Shown: positions 18,465 through 27,469, counted from the stretch's first letter. The stretch: 32,000 nt of DNA from Crocosphaera subtropica ATCC 51142 (GCF_000017845.1 NC_010546.1:2280001-2312000), one strand, 5' to 3'. The notes: generated by a model from the sequence alone, not told the origin. Numbers and translations: made by a program.

Positions 18465-19238
18465 ATGTATCAGCTACTTTTTTTAGGTTCAGGTTCAGCA
18501 TTTACCGTCGGGACTGATAATTTTCATTCTAATATATTTCTTATCACTGAAACAGGGAAAAAATTATTAATTGATTGTGGGTCTGATCTTCGTTTTTCTT
18601 TGCATAAAGAAGGGTTTTCCCATCGAGATATTACAGATATTTATATTAGTCACTTACATTCTGATCATGCTGGAGGGTTAGAATATGTTGGATTAACCAC
18701 TAAATTTGATCCTCGATGTGATAAACCTAATTTATATTTAAGTCATGATATTGCTAGTAAAATTTGGGAAAATACCCTATCAGGAGGAATGGGATCGATT
18801 GAAGGAACAATTACCAGTTTAGAGAGTTTTTTTAACGTTCATGCTGTTGATAATAACCGATGCTTTAGTTGGCAAAATATTAACTTTGAATTAGTGAAAA
18901 CGATTCATATCAATAACGGAACTTATGTGATGCCAACTTATGGTTTATTTTTTGAAGTTAATCATCAGAAAATTTTTATCACCAGTGATACCCAATTATG
19001 TTATCAAGAACTTGAAACTTACTATCAGAAAGCTGATATTATTTTTCATGATTGTGAAACCTCAAAATATCCTACCCCTGTTCATTCACATTATCAAGAA
19101 TTGGTTAAGTTACCCAATCAGATAAAAGGAAAAATATGGTTATATGGGTATCAACCAGGAGAACTTCCGAATGCAGAAAAAGATGGTTTTTTAGGGTTTG
19201 TTAACAGAGGAGATAAATTTGTAATTCAAGATATTTAG
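18465..19238 (+). CDS. MBL-fold metallo-hydrolase
   Basis: N-terminal LLFLGSGSAF and the HxHxDH motif SHLHSDHAGG (nt 18651-18668). It starts 46 nt after the cyclase stop on the same strand. Confidence 0.8.
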   Translation: MYQLLFLGSGSAFTVGTDNFHSNIFLITETGKKLLIDCGSDLRFSLHKEGFSHRDITDIYISHLHSDHAGGLEYVGLTTKFDPRCDKPNLYLSHDIASKIWENTLSGGMGSIEGTITSLESFFNVHAVDNNRCFSWQNINFELVKTIHINNGTYVMPTYGLFFEVNHQKIFITSDTQLCYQELETYYQKADIIFHDCETSKYPTPVHSHYQELVKLPNQIKGKIWLYGYQPGELPNAEKDGFLGFVNRGDKFVIQDI

Positions 19239-19320
19239 ATTATCTAATGGGTAAGCTGTTGTACATTTAAACAGGGTATTTGATTGTTTAGTACAAAGCC
19301 TTAAACATCTTCTCCCTACT

Positions 19321-19344
19321 CCCTCTGCCTCCTCTGCTTACCTC
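19321..19344. repeat. short dispersed spacer repeat, copy 2 (CCCTCTGCCTCCTCTGCTT core)
   Basis: Identical 19-mer to 9780-9798. It lies in the convergent spacer between the MBL hydrolase gene and glgB. Confidence 0.6.
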
Positions 19345-19411
19345 AACTAATAATCTCTATTGTTAATCAAGAGAATTGGTATAAGTTTTCCCGTACTGGT
19401 GCAAGATGTCA

Positions 19412-19439
19412 GTAGAGACATTTTCGGAAACGTCTCTAC
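19412..19439. repeat. 28-nt near-palindromic element GTAGAGAC-N12-GTCTCTAC (hairpin; possible bidirectional terminator or dispersed palindromic repeat)
   Basis: An 8-bp perfect stem (19412-19419 / 19432-19439) plus inner TTT/AAA pairing around TCGG. It sits between two convergent genes. The GTAGAGAC...GTCTCTAC arms resemble a palindromic repeat family I recall as common in Chroococcales genomes. Confidence 0.5.
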
Positions 19440-19467
19440 AACAAGGGGTATTAACCCAATATCCAGC

Positions 19468-21789
19468 TTACTCTTCTTCGTCGGCAGCTATTTCTTTAAT
19501 GGTTGTGCCTTCTGGGACTTTAGTGGGATCTAACTTCAGAATTAAAACAGCCAACGGTGGTAAACATAAATCCAGAGAGTAAGGTTTATTATGGAATGAC
19601 CATTCATCGGCCCATTTACCCCCTAAGTTGCCCATATTACTACCCCCATATTGTTTGGCATCACTGTTGAATAATTCAACATAATATCCCGCTTCAGGAA
19701 CCCCAATACGATAATGACTATGGGGTTGAGGGGTGAAGTTACAAACCACCACTAAAGAATCGTTGGGATCATCACTTCGACGAAGAAAAGAAACTACACT
19801 ATGGGTATTATCATTACAATCGATCCATTCAAACCCATGATACTCAAAATCGTGGGTATATAAAGCTGGTTCTTGTTGATAAAGGGCGTTGAGATCGGTA
19901 AAAAATTGTTTCAGTTGTTGATGGGGTTCATACTGTAATAAATGCCATTCTAAGTCCCCCCAAACATTCCACTCACTCCATTGACCAAACTCCATACTCA
20001 TAAACATGGTTTTTTTGCCAGGGTGGGTGTACATATAGGTAAATAAAGCCCGAACATTGGCGTATTTTTGCCATTCGTCCCCTGGCATTTTACCCAACAT
20101 ATTACTCTTACCATGGACGATTTCATCATGGGATAAGGCCAGCATAAAGTTTTCGTTGTAGTAGTACAACATACTAAACGTGACGTTATTTTGATGGTAT
20201 TGACGGAAATAGGGATCAATGTTGAAATAATCCAACATATCGTGCATCCAACCCATATCCCACTTTAGGTTAAATCCTAACCCACCATCATAAACAGGAC
20301 GAGACACTTTTTCCCATTCGGTGGACTCTTCGGCAATAGAAAGAATACCAGGGAAATACTCGAATAACAAAGTATTCACTTCACGGATAAAACTCACCGC
20401 TTCAATATGTTCATCCCCCCCATATTCGTTGGCGATCCATTCTCCCTCTTTCCTTAGATAGTTGCGGTATAACATCGAAGCTACTGCATCAACCCGAATA
20501 CCATCAACATGATATTTATCGAACCAAAAGAGAACATTAGCCACTAAGAAGTTACGCACTTCATGACGACCATAATTAAAGACTAAGGTTCCCCATTCCT
20601 TATGTTCTCCAATACGAGGATCGGCGTGTTCGTAAAGATGAGTGCCATCAAAATAAGCTAACCCGTGGGAGTCTTTGGGAAAATGACCCGGAACCCAGTC
20701 CAAAATCACTCCGATACCGTTTTCATGGCATTTATCCACAAAATACATAAAATCTTCCGGACGGCCAAAGCGAGAGGTAGGAGAATAAAATCCCGTGACT
20801 TGATAACCCCACGATCCGTCAAAGGGATGTTCAGCAATGGGTAATAGTTCGATATGAGTGTAACCCATGTCTTTGACGTAGGGGATCAGTTTTTCGGCTA
20901 ATTCGTAGTAACTGAGAAACCGGGCCCCTGGGTTCCATTCTGAGACGATGACGGGATCAGCCTCTCCATTGAGTAAGGGCATTTTTTCGGCTGAAGAACC
21001 GTGTAACCAAGACCCTAGATGAACCTCATAAACCGATACCGGTTGCTTGAGGGGATCGCTATTCCGTCGTTTTTCTAACCATTCCTCATCATGCCATTGA
21101 TAAATATTATCGATATCTACCACAATAGAAGCCGTATTCGGTCGAACTTCTCGATAAAAACCATAGGGGTCAGATTTTTCATAGATATGACCTTCACTAT
21201 TTTTGATCTCATACTTATAGACAGTCCCTGATCCGATTTCCGGCACAAATAGTTCCCAGATGGTATAGTTGCGTTTACGCATCTGGTGTTCTCGGCCATC
21301 CCAGTTGTTAAAATCTCCAATAACCGAAACATTTCGAGCATTCGGCGCCCACACAGCAAAATAAACCCCTTTAACTCCGTTTATTTCACCCACATGGGCC
21401 CCTAATTTCTCATAAATCCGATGGTGGTTCCCTTCGGAAAATAAATAGATATCTTCGTCTGTTAAGTAGGGGGAACTGAACGCATAGGGATCATAGATCA
21501 CCTTCTCGTGTTCCCCTTCTTTGACTTTGAGTTGATAGTGATTGAGTTCTGGGGTTTCAATAATACATTCAAAAAAGTTGGGATGATGAACCGAGTTCAT
21601 GGGGTCTTCTTTACGTTCGGTGGGACGGATCACCCATGCTGCTTCTGCTTTCGGTAAATAAGCCCTGACTACCCATTTTTTGGTGTTTTTACCCTCTTCT
21701 AGAAGGTGACACCCTAAAATTTCAAAGGGATCATGATGTAAGTTATAAATAATTTGATTAACTTGATCGGCGGAAATGGTGGTGGTCAT
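19468..21789 (-). CDS. glgB: 1,4-alpha-glucan branching enzyme
   Basis: The 773-aa product has GH13 branching-enzyme motifs: GVILDWVPGHF, GIRVDAVASMLY, AEESTEW, LSHDEIVHGK, and an N-terminal CBM48-like region (FAVWAPNARNVSVIGDFNNW). Confidence 0.95.
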   Translation of the reverse strand: MTTTISADQVNQIIYNLHHDPFEILGCHLLEEGKNTKKWVVRAYLPKAEAAWVIRPTERKEDPMNSVHHPNFFECIIETPELNHYQLKVKEGEHEKVIYDPYAFSSPYLTDEDIYLFSEGNHHRIYEKLGAHVGEINGVKGVYFAVWAPNARNVSVIGDFNNWDGREHQMRKRNYTIWELFVPEIGSGTVYKYEIKNSEGHIYEKSDPYGFYREVRPNTASIVVDIDNIYQWHDEEWLEKRRNSDPLKQPVSVYEVHLGSWLHGSSAEKMPLLNGEADPVIVSEWNPGARFLSYYELAEKLIPYVKDMGYTHIELLPIAEHPFDGSWGYQVTGFYSPTSRFGRPEDFMYFVDKCHENGIGVILDWVPGHFPKDSHGLAYFDGTHLYEHADPRIGEHKEWGTLVFNYGRHEVRNFLVANVLFWFDKYHVDGIRVDAVASMLYRNYLRKEGEWIANEYGGDEHIEAVSFIREVNTLLFEYFPGILSIAEESTEWEKVSRPVYDGGLGFNLKWDMGWMHDMLDYFNIDPYFRQYHQNNVTFSMLYYYNENFMLALSHDEIVHGKSNMLGKMPGDEWQKYANVRALFTYMYTHPGKKTMFMSMEFGQWSEWNVWGDLEWHLLQYEPHQQLKQFFTDLNALYQQEPALYTHDFEYHGFEWIDCNDNTHSVVSFLRRSDDPNDSLVVVCNFTPQPHSHYRIGVPEAGYYVELFNSDAKQYGGSNMGNLGGKWADEWSFHNKPYSLDLCLPPLAVLILKLDPTKVPEGTTIKEIAADEEE

Positions 21790-22034
21790 GGGACTTGCTA
21801 TGGTAACAAACTGAAGAAAGAGACTTGTTATCTATTATTGCCAGAACTCAGTAGTCAGAAGTATGCTCGGTTTATAGAAAAATAACGACTATTTTGAGCG
21901 AAGGCTAGGGCAAAAAGCGCAAAGCCAGACTTCGACCACTGTATCTGTTCTAGTGCATCTTACAACAGTTTTGCCCCAACCATCCGAATTTGGGGATCAC
22001 TGATTCAGCGACCAGTTATGAGTTATGGATTCGG

Positions 22035-22733
22035 TTAGGATATAACTGGTTTTAGGACTTGGCCTAACCATTTCATCACTTTTTGCTGATACCGATCGCC
22101 TTGGGGTAAATAGGAGAGGGCCCGACGATAATCGGCGATCGCATAATTCCAATCTCCGATGAGATAATGAGTATAGCCTCTTTCTGCATAAATCCGTCCC
22201 AGGTAGCGATCCCCGATAATTTTTGCCAGTTCTAAGGTTTCAATCGCTAAGGGATAGTTGCCTAGTTCTCTAAGGGTAATACCGTGATTAATCCACACTT
22301 TTTGGTTATAAGGGTTAATATCTAAGGCTTGTTCGTAGTTTTCTATGGCTTTATTTAAGTTACCTTGATGAGCATAACAGTTACCTCGATTATTGTAAGC
22401 CCGATCTAACTGAGGATTAAGGGCGATCGCCTGATTAAAGTCAGTCATGGCCTGGTCATAGTTGGCTGTTTTGAGGTACATTAAACCTCGGTTATTATAA
22501 TCGATGGCACTGTGGGGACGACGAGCAATCAACTGATCGAGAAAACCGATCGCACTGTCATAGTTTCCTTGATTCGCTTCTTGTTTTATGATGATTCTTA
22601 ACTGTAGATCAGAAAGGGCTTTTTTTTGCAGTTGCGTGGCGATGGCCGCCTTGATATAGTCTTTTTGGGAAACCGAAGGGATCGGAGTCGGCGATCGCCC
22701 TGAGTTTTTATAATTAAGTATATTATCATTCAT
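22035..22733 (-). CDS. tetratricopeptide (TPR) repeat protein
   Basis: Five to six consecutive 34-aa TPR units (e.g. AIDYNNRGLMYLKTANYDQAMTDFNQAIALNPQL, DRAYNNRGNCYAHQGNLNKAIENYEQALDINPYN). Co-oriented upstream of glgB. Confidence 0.8.
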   Translation of the reverse strand: MNDNILNYKNSGRSPTPIPSVSQKDYIKAAIATQLQKKALSDLQLRIIIKQEANQGNYDSAIGFLDQLIARRPHSAIDYNNRGLMYLKTANYDQAMTDFNQAIALNPQLDRAYNNRGNCYAHQGNLNKAIENYEQALDINPYNQKVWINHGITLRELGNYPLAIETLELAKIIGDRYLGRIYAERGYTHYLIGDWNYAIADYRRALSYLPQGDRYQQKVMKWLGQVLKPVIS

Positions 22734-23156
22734 AGTAATATCTAGGTGTTTATAAAAAATACTGTACTTAATAGTTTGATTGTTAACGGTAAAAAATGTG
22801 TCACTCTTGTAACTGTCTTGAAACTTAAATGATGATCATCAGTCTTCAAAACGCCTTACTGTGTAGAGTTCCAGCATTCCATAAAATTTTCCTTAAGTTT
22901 TTAATTTTCACAAGATTTGTTAAGTAATTCTAAGTAATTGAAACAGAAGGCCATACTTCCCCAAGTTCACTCACAAGGCAACAGTTAACGTTGAGAATGG
23001 GTTACAGAGACATCGGGGGTAGCAGACTGAACATTAATAGTTCTTAATAAAAAGGTGTGTATTTGTGTCTTATTACCGAATAGATAAGACCATCACTGAT
23101 AAAATTAGCTAAATACCGTCCGATGCTGATACAAGATTACGGAGATAAAATTACCA

Positions 23157-23621
23157 ATGTCCACTACAACATTATTACCCAATGATACTGATATTTCTAT
23201 GGACGATTACTGTGTCTTTGGGTTAGCCACCTGCTTTTTAAAAGATGATGGAGAATTTCATCAAGTTCGTGTCATTGAACCCATTCCCTCTGCTGCATTA
23301 GAAGCCATTTGTAAGGGAATTCCTACTTCTTATGAGTTAGCTTGTGCGAAGTCTATCGGGGACATTTTAACGGGGGAAACCTTAACCAAAACGGCAGAGT
23401 TTACGGAAGATGCTCAGTTTTGTGATAACTTTACTGAACGGACTTTAGCTGCTGTTAGAACCTATAAAACTCGTCCTGATGCTATGTCTTTAATTCCTTT
23501 AGGAACAGCGAAAGAAGATTTGAATTTTTCCTTAGAAAAGAAACGAGTTTTAAATGCAGTAAATGTGGTTAAAACAGAAGATAATGTTAAGCAACATTCT
23601 CATACTCATCAGGTGCTTTAA
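23157..23621 (+). CDS. hypothetical protein (154 aa), family not recognised
   Basis: A clean ORF in an otherwise gene-free stretch with codon usage like its neighbours. I could not assign a diagnostic motif. Confidence 0.55.
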   Translation: MSTTTLLPNDTDISMDDYCVFGLATCFLKDDGEFHQVRVIEPIPSAALEAICKGIPTSYELACAKSIGDILTGETLTKTAEFTEDAQFCDNFTERTLAAVRTYKTRPDAMSLIPLGTAKEDLNFSLEKKRVLNAVNVVKTEDNVKQHSHTHQVL

Positions 23622-23934
23622 TTATTATTTTTTGCAATAGAAAGCATATCGCAATGAACTTGGAAGTCTCACCCATGATCTATGATTGTGGGTGAAGTAT
23701 GGCAAGGCAACGGTCAAAAAGCAAAATTAAAATAAGTCTCTACGGATTTTTGTGAGTACCTGCTTCATGCTTCTTCTATTTCTAATAGTAGCTCTAATAA
23801 TAAAGAGCGATCATACATAGATAACATCCCTATCAATTCGTGCTTTAAGATAAGGATTCATTGAATTACGATATCGAATGACACCTACTTTTTTTCCGAA
23901 TAAGTTTTCAATCATCTTACAACAGCAATTGCTT

Positions 23935-24117
23935 TTAGAATTGGGGTTGACATTTTCCGGCACGAATTAAGCCGACACGACGAGCGATCGCTTCTTCTTT
24001 AGATGAAAAAGGACCCCAATAATCTTTAGTTTCTGGTACTTGATTAGGATCAAGTTCAACAATTTCACATTGTTCATTTTCTATTTTAATAATGTACCAA
24101 CAATTAGCATTATTCAT
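23935..24117 (-). CDS. small hypothetical protein (60 aa)
   Basis: The ORF starts 34 nt downstream of the ABC1 kinase stop on the same strand. The Cys-containing sequence (CWYIIK...QCEIV...AIARRVGLIRAGKCQP) looks protein-like. Family not recognised. Confidence 0.5.
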   Translation of the reverse strand: MNNANCWYIIKIENEQCEIVELDPNQVPETKDYWGPFSSKEEAIARRVGLIRAGKCQPQF

Positions 24118-24151
24118 GATATTTCCTGACTTTTCTTCAAAATTAGCACAA

Positions 24152-25801
24152 TTATTTTAATCTTCCCGATCGCAAAATACTAATAATTAACCAAACCCCC
24201 AATAAACTAGCAGCAGCAAATAAAACACTACTAATTAAGGATAATTCTTGAGTAGACGAACCAATCGAAATAATAGCAGCCCCCATAATTAATGAACCCA
24301 AAACAATACTAAAGGAAAGACGATTAGCAGAGGCATCAACACTCCGTCTTAAAGGTTCTAATTCCTTTAACCTAAAATTCCATTGTAGGGTTTCTGAGGA
24401 CAATCTATCCAGTAATATGTCGATTTGTCGGGGGGTTTTTAGATAAATTGATTTCAGGTCTAAAACCGTTCTTAAACTGGTTTGTAACGGGGTATCTCCG
24501 ATTAATTGACGGCGGAACAAATCCGTCATTAAGGGTTTAATTTCATCGAATAAATTAATCTCAGGATTAAACTGTCTAGCAGCCCCTTCTAAATTAGCTA
24601 AACATTTAGCATAAAGCCCTAAATTTCCAGGAACTTTTAACCGATTTTTACGGGCAATTTGTAGAATTTCATAAACCACTTCACTAAAATTAAATTGAGA
24701 TAAACTCAAATCATAATATTTCCGTAGTATTTGTTCATAATCATTGCGTAATTTTTCTAAACTTTCAACTTTTCCAGATTCCGATAATTCGATGGTTAAT
24801 TGAGTACATCCTTGAGCATCTAAATCAAAAATTGCTAATAATAATTCTGTTAAAATTTGTTGGGTTCTGGGGTCAAGTTTTCCTACCATACCACAGTCGA
24901 TAATGGCAATTCTTCCATCATCTAAATAGAAAATATTACCAGGGTGGGGATCTGCATGAAAAAAGCCATCTAAATATAATTGTTGAAAAAATGCCCTAAA
25001 TAATAAAGTGGTAATTTCTTGTTTCTTTTTCTCGATAGATTTACGACTTTCGGGAATAGTTAAATCTGCTTGTAAAATGGGTTTACCGTATAACCATTCT
25101 AAGACCAAAATTTTATCTGTGGTTAAGTCCCAATAGACTTTAGGAATAACTAATTGTTGTGGATCAAACCAACGACTTTCTGATAAATTTTGTCTAATTT
25201 TATCGGTATAATTCGCTTCTTTAGTAAACTTTAATTCTGCTTTAATAGCTTGAGAAAATTCATCAGCTAGTTTAACAATATCATAGTTTTGTCCAAATTC
25301 TGTTAAGGCGACTAATTCAGCAATTCCCTTAATTAAGTTAATATCTTGCTCAACAATTTTATCAATTCCTGGCCGTTGAACTTTGATAGCAACTTCTTCT
25401 CCACTGGTTAAAGTGGCGCGGTGAATTTGTCCAATGGAACCAGCAGCAACAGGGTCTTGATTAATATTACTAAAAACCGATTCTATGGGTTGTTGTAATT
25501 CTTGCCGTAGTAGTCTTTCAATCGCTTCCCAAGACACAGGAGGAACATTGGCTTGTAGGGCGGTTAAAGCCTTAATATAATTAGGGGGTAAAATGTCAGG
25601 ACGAGTGCTTAAAATTTGTCCTAATTTAACATAAAAAGGACCTAATTCTACTAAAATATTGCGTAAAACTTCAGGGGGCGGAACTTGAGGATTTTCGGCT
25701 TTTCCCAAGGTTAATAAACCCCGCATATAGTCCCAACCATTACTTAGGACAACCTCAATAATTTCTCGTTGACGCGCACTGGTTTGAGTTAGGGAAAACA
25801 T
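24152..25801 (-). CDS. ABC1/UbiB/AarF-family atypical protein kinase
   Basis: ABC1-family motifs LGPFYVKLGQILSTRPDILP, AAGSIGQIHRATL, VAIKVQRPGI and FFHADPHPGNIF. Hydrophobic C-terminal segments are also present. Confidence 0.9.
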   Translation of the reverse strand: MFSLTQTSARQREIIEVVLSNGWDYMRGLLTLGKAENPQVPPPEVLRNILVELGPFYVKLGQILSTRPDILPPNYIKALTALQANVPPVSWEAIERLLRQELQQPIESVFSNINQDPVAAGSIGQIHRATLTSGEEVAIKVQRPGIDKIVEQDINLIKGIAELVALTEFGQNYDIVKLADEFSQAIKAELKFTKEANYTDKIRQNLSESRWFDPQQLVIPKVYWDLTTDKILVLEWLYGKPILQADLTIPESRKSIEKKKQEITTLLFRAFFQQLYLDGFFHADPHPGNIFYLDDGRIAIIDCGMVGKLDPRTQQILTELLLAIFDLDAQGCTQLTIELSESGKVESLEKLRNDYEQILRKYYDLSLSQFNFSEVVYEILQIARKNRLKVPGNLGLYAKCLANLEGAARQFNPEINLFDEIKPLMTDLFRRQLIGDTPLQTSLRTVLDLKSIYLKTPRQIDILLDRLSSETLQWNFRLKELEPLRRSVDASANRLSFSIVLGSLIMGAAIISIGSSTQELSLISSVLFAAASLLGVWLIISILRSGRLK

Positions 25802-25939
25802 ATAAAAATTCTCTGTCCTTGATTAAAACGAATTTTAATAACTGTTTTAATCATTATAGAGGCTTGACCGATAAAATGTTAACGAATCAACAATCTAACT
25901 GAGAATAGTTTTTCTGGTTGTATTATTGATTACATAATA

Positions 25940-27001
25940 TTAGAGTAATTTATTCAATGTAGAATCATTTTGTAATTCTTTAAGTAATTTTTTGATGTCT
26001 TGTGTTCTATTCTTATTAACCACTAGAGTCACATTTTTATCCCGAACAATAACTACATCTTCTAGACCAATGGTAGCAATTACCTCTTGTTGATCACTGC
26101 TATAAATAATTGCGCCTTTGGTATCTAAAGTCACATGATTTCCTAATTCAACATTATCCCCATCGCTATCAATTAAACGTTCTAAAGAATTCCAGTCGCC
26201 TAAATCATCCCAACCAAAATTAGCCGGTAACACATAAGTTAATTCGGTCTTTTCCATTAAAGCATAATCAATGCTCGTTTTTTCTAATTCTTCATAAGCA
26301 GCTTGACCTTTTTCTTGTAGGGGTTTTAAAACTTGGGGGGCGTGTTTTTCTAACTCTTCTAATACCACACCGACACGAAAAATAAACATTCCACTATTCC
26401 AACTAAACTGACCCGTTTCTAGAAAAGATTTAGCGGTTTCAAGATCAGGTTTTTCAGTAAAACGATTAACTTTGTAAACAGGTAAATTATCAAAATGATC
26501 GGTTAATTCTCCCTGTTCAATATAACCGTAACCAGTAGAAGGATAAGTCGGTTTAATTCCTAACGTAACGATCGCTTTTTCTGCTGAAGCGAGTTGAGAA
26601 GCAGCGTTGAGTGTCTTTTCAAAATCATCGGTATTTTTAATCCAATGGTCCGCTGGAAAAAAGCCAATGACCGCATCTTTTCCGTAGCGTTTAGCAATTT
26701 CTAAGGTCGTCCAAGCAACTGCCGGGGCTGTATCTTTTCCCTGGGGTTCCACTAAGAGATTATGATTCGCTAAACTAGGTAATTGTTCCCTAACCCCATC
26801 TGCAATAGGTCCGGCTGTAATTACCCACAGATTATTCCAGTTGTCTGCTAAGGGTAAGAGACGCTGGGCCGTTGCTTGTAATAAACTTTCTCCACTCCCA
26901 TCTAAGGATAAAAACTGTTTGGGACGTTGACGACGGGACAGTGGCCAAAAGCGTTCTCCTTTACCACCAGCAAGAATGACAGGAATTAAAGGTTGAGTCA
27001 T
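25940..27001 (-). CDS. manC: mannose-1-phosphate guanylyltransferase (nucleotidyltransferase domain only, no PMI domain)
   Basis: N-terminal VILAGGKGERFWPLSRRQRPKQFL signature. Size and downstream motifs (GYGYIE, FTEKPD, WNSGMFIF) are typical of GDP-mannose pyrophosphorylases. Confidence 0.82.
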   Translation of the reverse strand: MTQPLIPVILAGGKGERFWPLSRRQRPKQFLSLDGSGESLLQATAQRLLPLADNWNNLWVITAGPIADGVREQLPSLANHNLLVEPQGKDTAPAVAWTTLEIAKRYGKDAVIGFFPADHWIKNTDDFEKTLNAASQLASAEKAIVTLGIKPTYPSTGYGYIEQGELTDHFDNLPVYKVNRFTEKPDLETAKSFLETGQFSWNSGMFIFRVGVVLEELEKHAPQVLKPLQEKGQAAYEELEKTSIDYALMEKTELTYVLPANFGWDDLGDWNSLERLIDSDGDNVELGNHVTLDTKGAIIYSSDQQEVIATIGLEDVVIVRDKNVTLVVNKNRTQDIKKLLKELQNDSTLNKLL

Positions 27002-27043
27002 ATTTCTCTTCGTTAATCAGGTTTCTCACTGATTGTATCCTGT

Positions 27044-27205
27044 TTAGAGAGTGTCTTTGGAGTCTGAGGAAATTTTTTGTCCTTGGGAGGAATGCAAATG
27101 AGGGGTTGTCTCGGAAACCGAAACGACTACCCATAAACCTGTTTTGGGGTCACGGTAGGTACGAAAAGGGTTGGGTTGTAGGGGTTGTTCAGACGCTTTA
27201 GCCAT
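27044..27205 (-). CDS. candidate unlisted small ORF (53 aa): MAKASEQPLQPNPFRTYRDPKTGLWVVVSVSETTPHLHSSQGQKISSDSKDTL
   Basis: Hand-translated from the minus strand, below the 60-aa cutoff of the supplied track. It has an ATG start and an in-frame upstream TAG. It ends 42 nt before the manC-like start. The stretch is visibly more GC-rich than the surrounding spacer. No clear SD. Confidence 0.4.
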   Translation of the reverse strand: MAKASEQPLQPNPFRTYRDPKTGLWVVVSVSETTPHLHSSQGQKISSDSKDTL

Positions 27206-27469
27206 AATGTTGTCGTCAATAACCGATTTACATTCATTGTAGGTCTAAGAAAGAATACGCAAAGTGACCGAAATATCGCTAATATGGTGATTGTGATCAC
27301 ATTCGTTTCTCCTCGTTAATATTACAGGGTGTCAACCCCATAAACTCCCATACTGTTTGTAAAGATAGAATAAATACGGGTTCAGAGTTCGGGGTTCAGA
27401 GTTATGATTCTTTCGATAGTAACTGGTCACTGTATAATATAGTACATATATATGTAAAAAATTTGACTT

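Noticed and set aside
18940-21359. An alternate-frame ORF within the MBL gene (18940..19125), two within glgB (19998..20219, 21117..21359), and 31388..31570 opposite cupB
   Set aside because: They are out-of-frame or antisense shadows of confidently assigned genes.
23811-23915. Short minus-strand ORFs downstream of the 60-aa gene (e.g. MIENLFGKKVGVIRYRNSMNPYLKARIDRDVIYV, then MYDRSLLLELLLEIEEA), as a possible decayed toxin-antitoxin or gene remnant
   Set aside because: They are too short and I recognise no family signature. They could equally be random ORFs in a 313-bp spacer.
27292-27301. Perfect 10-bp palindrome TGTGATCACA in the manC/polA divergent spacer (CRP-like half-sites)
   Set aside because: The CRP/SyCRP consensus needs a 6-bp gap between TGTGA and TCACA, and here there is none. 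Ten-bp palindromes are expected by chance in a window of this size.
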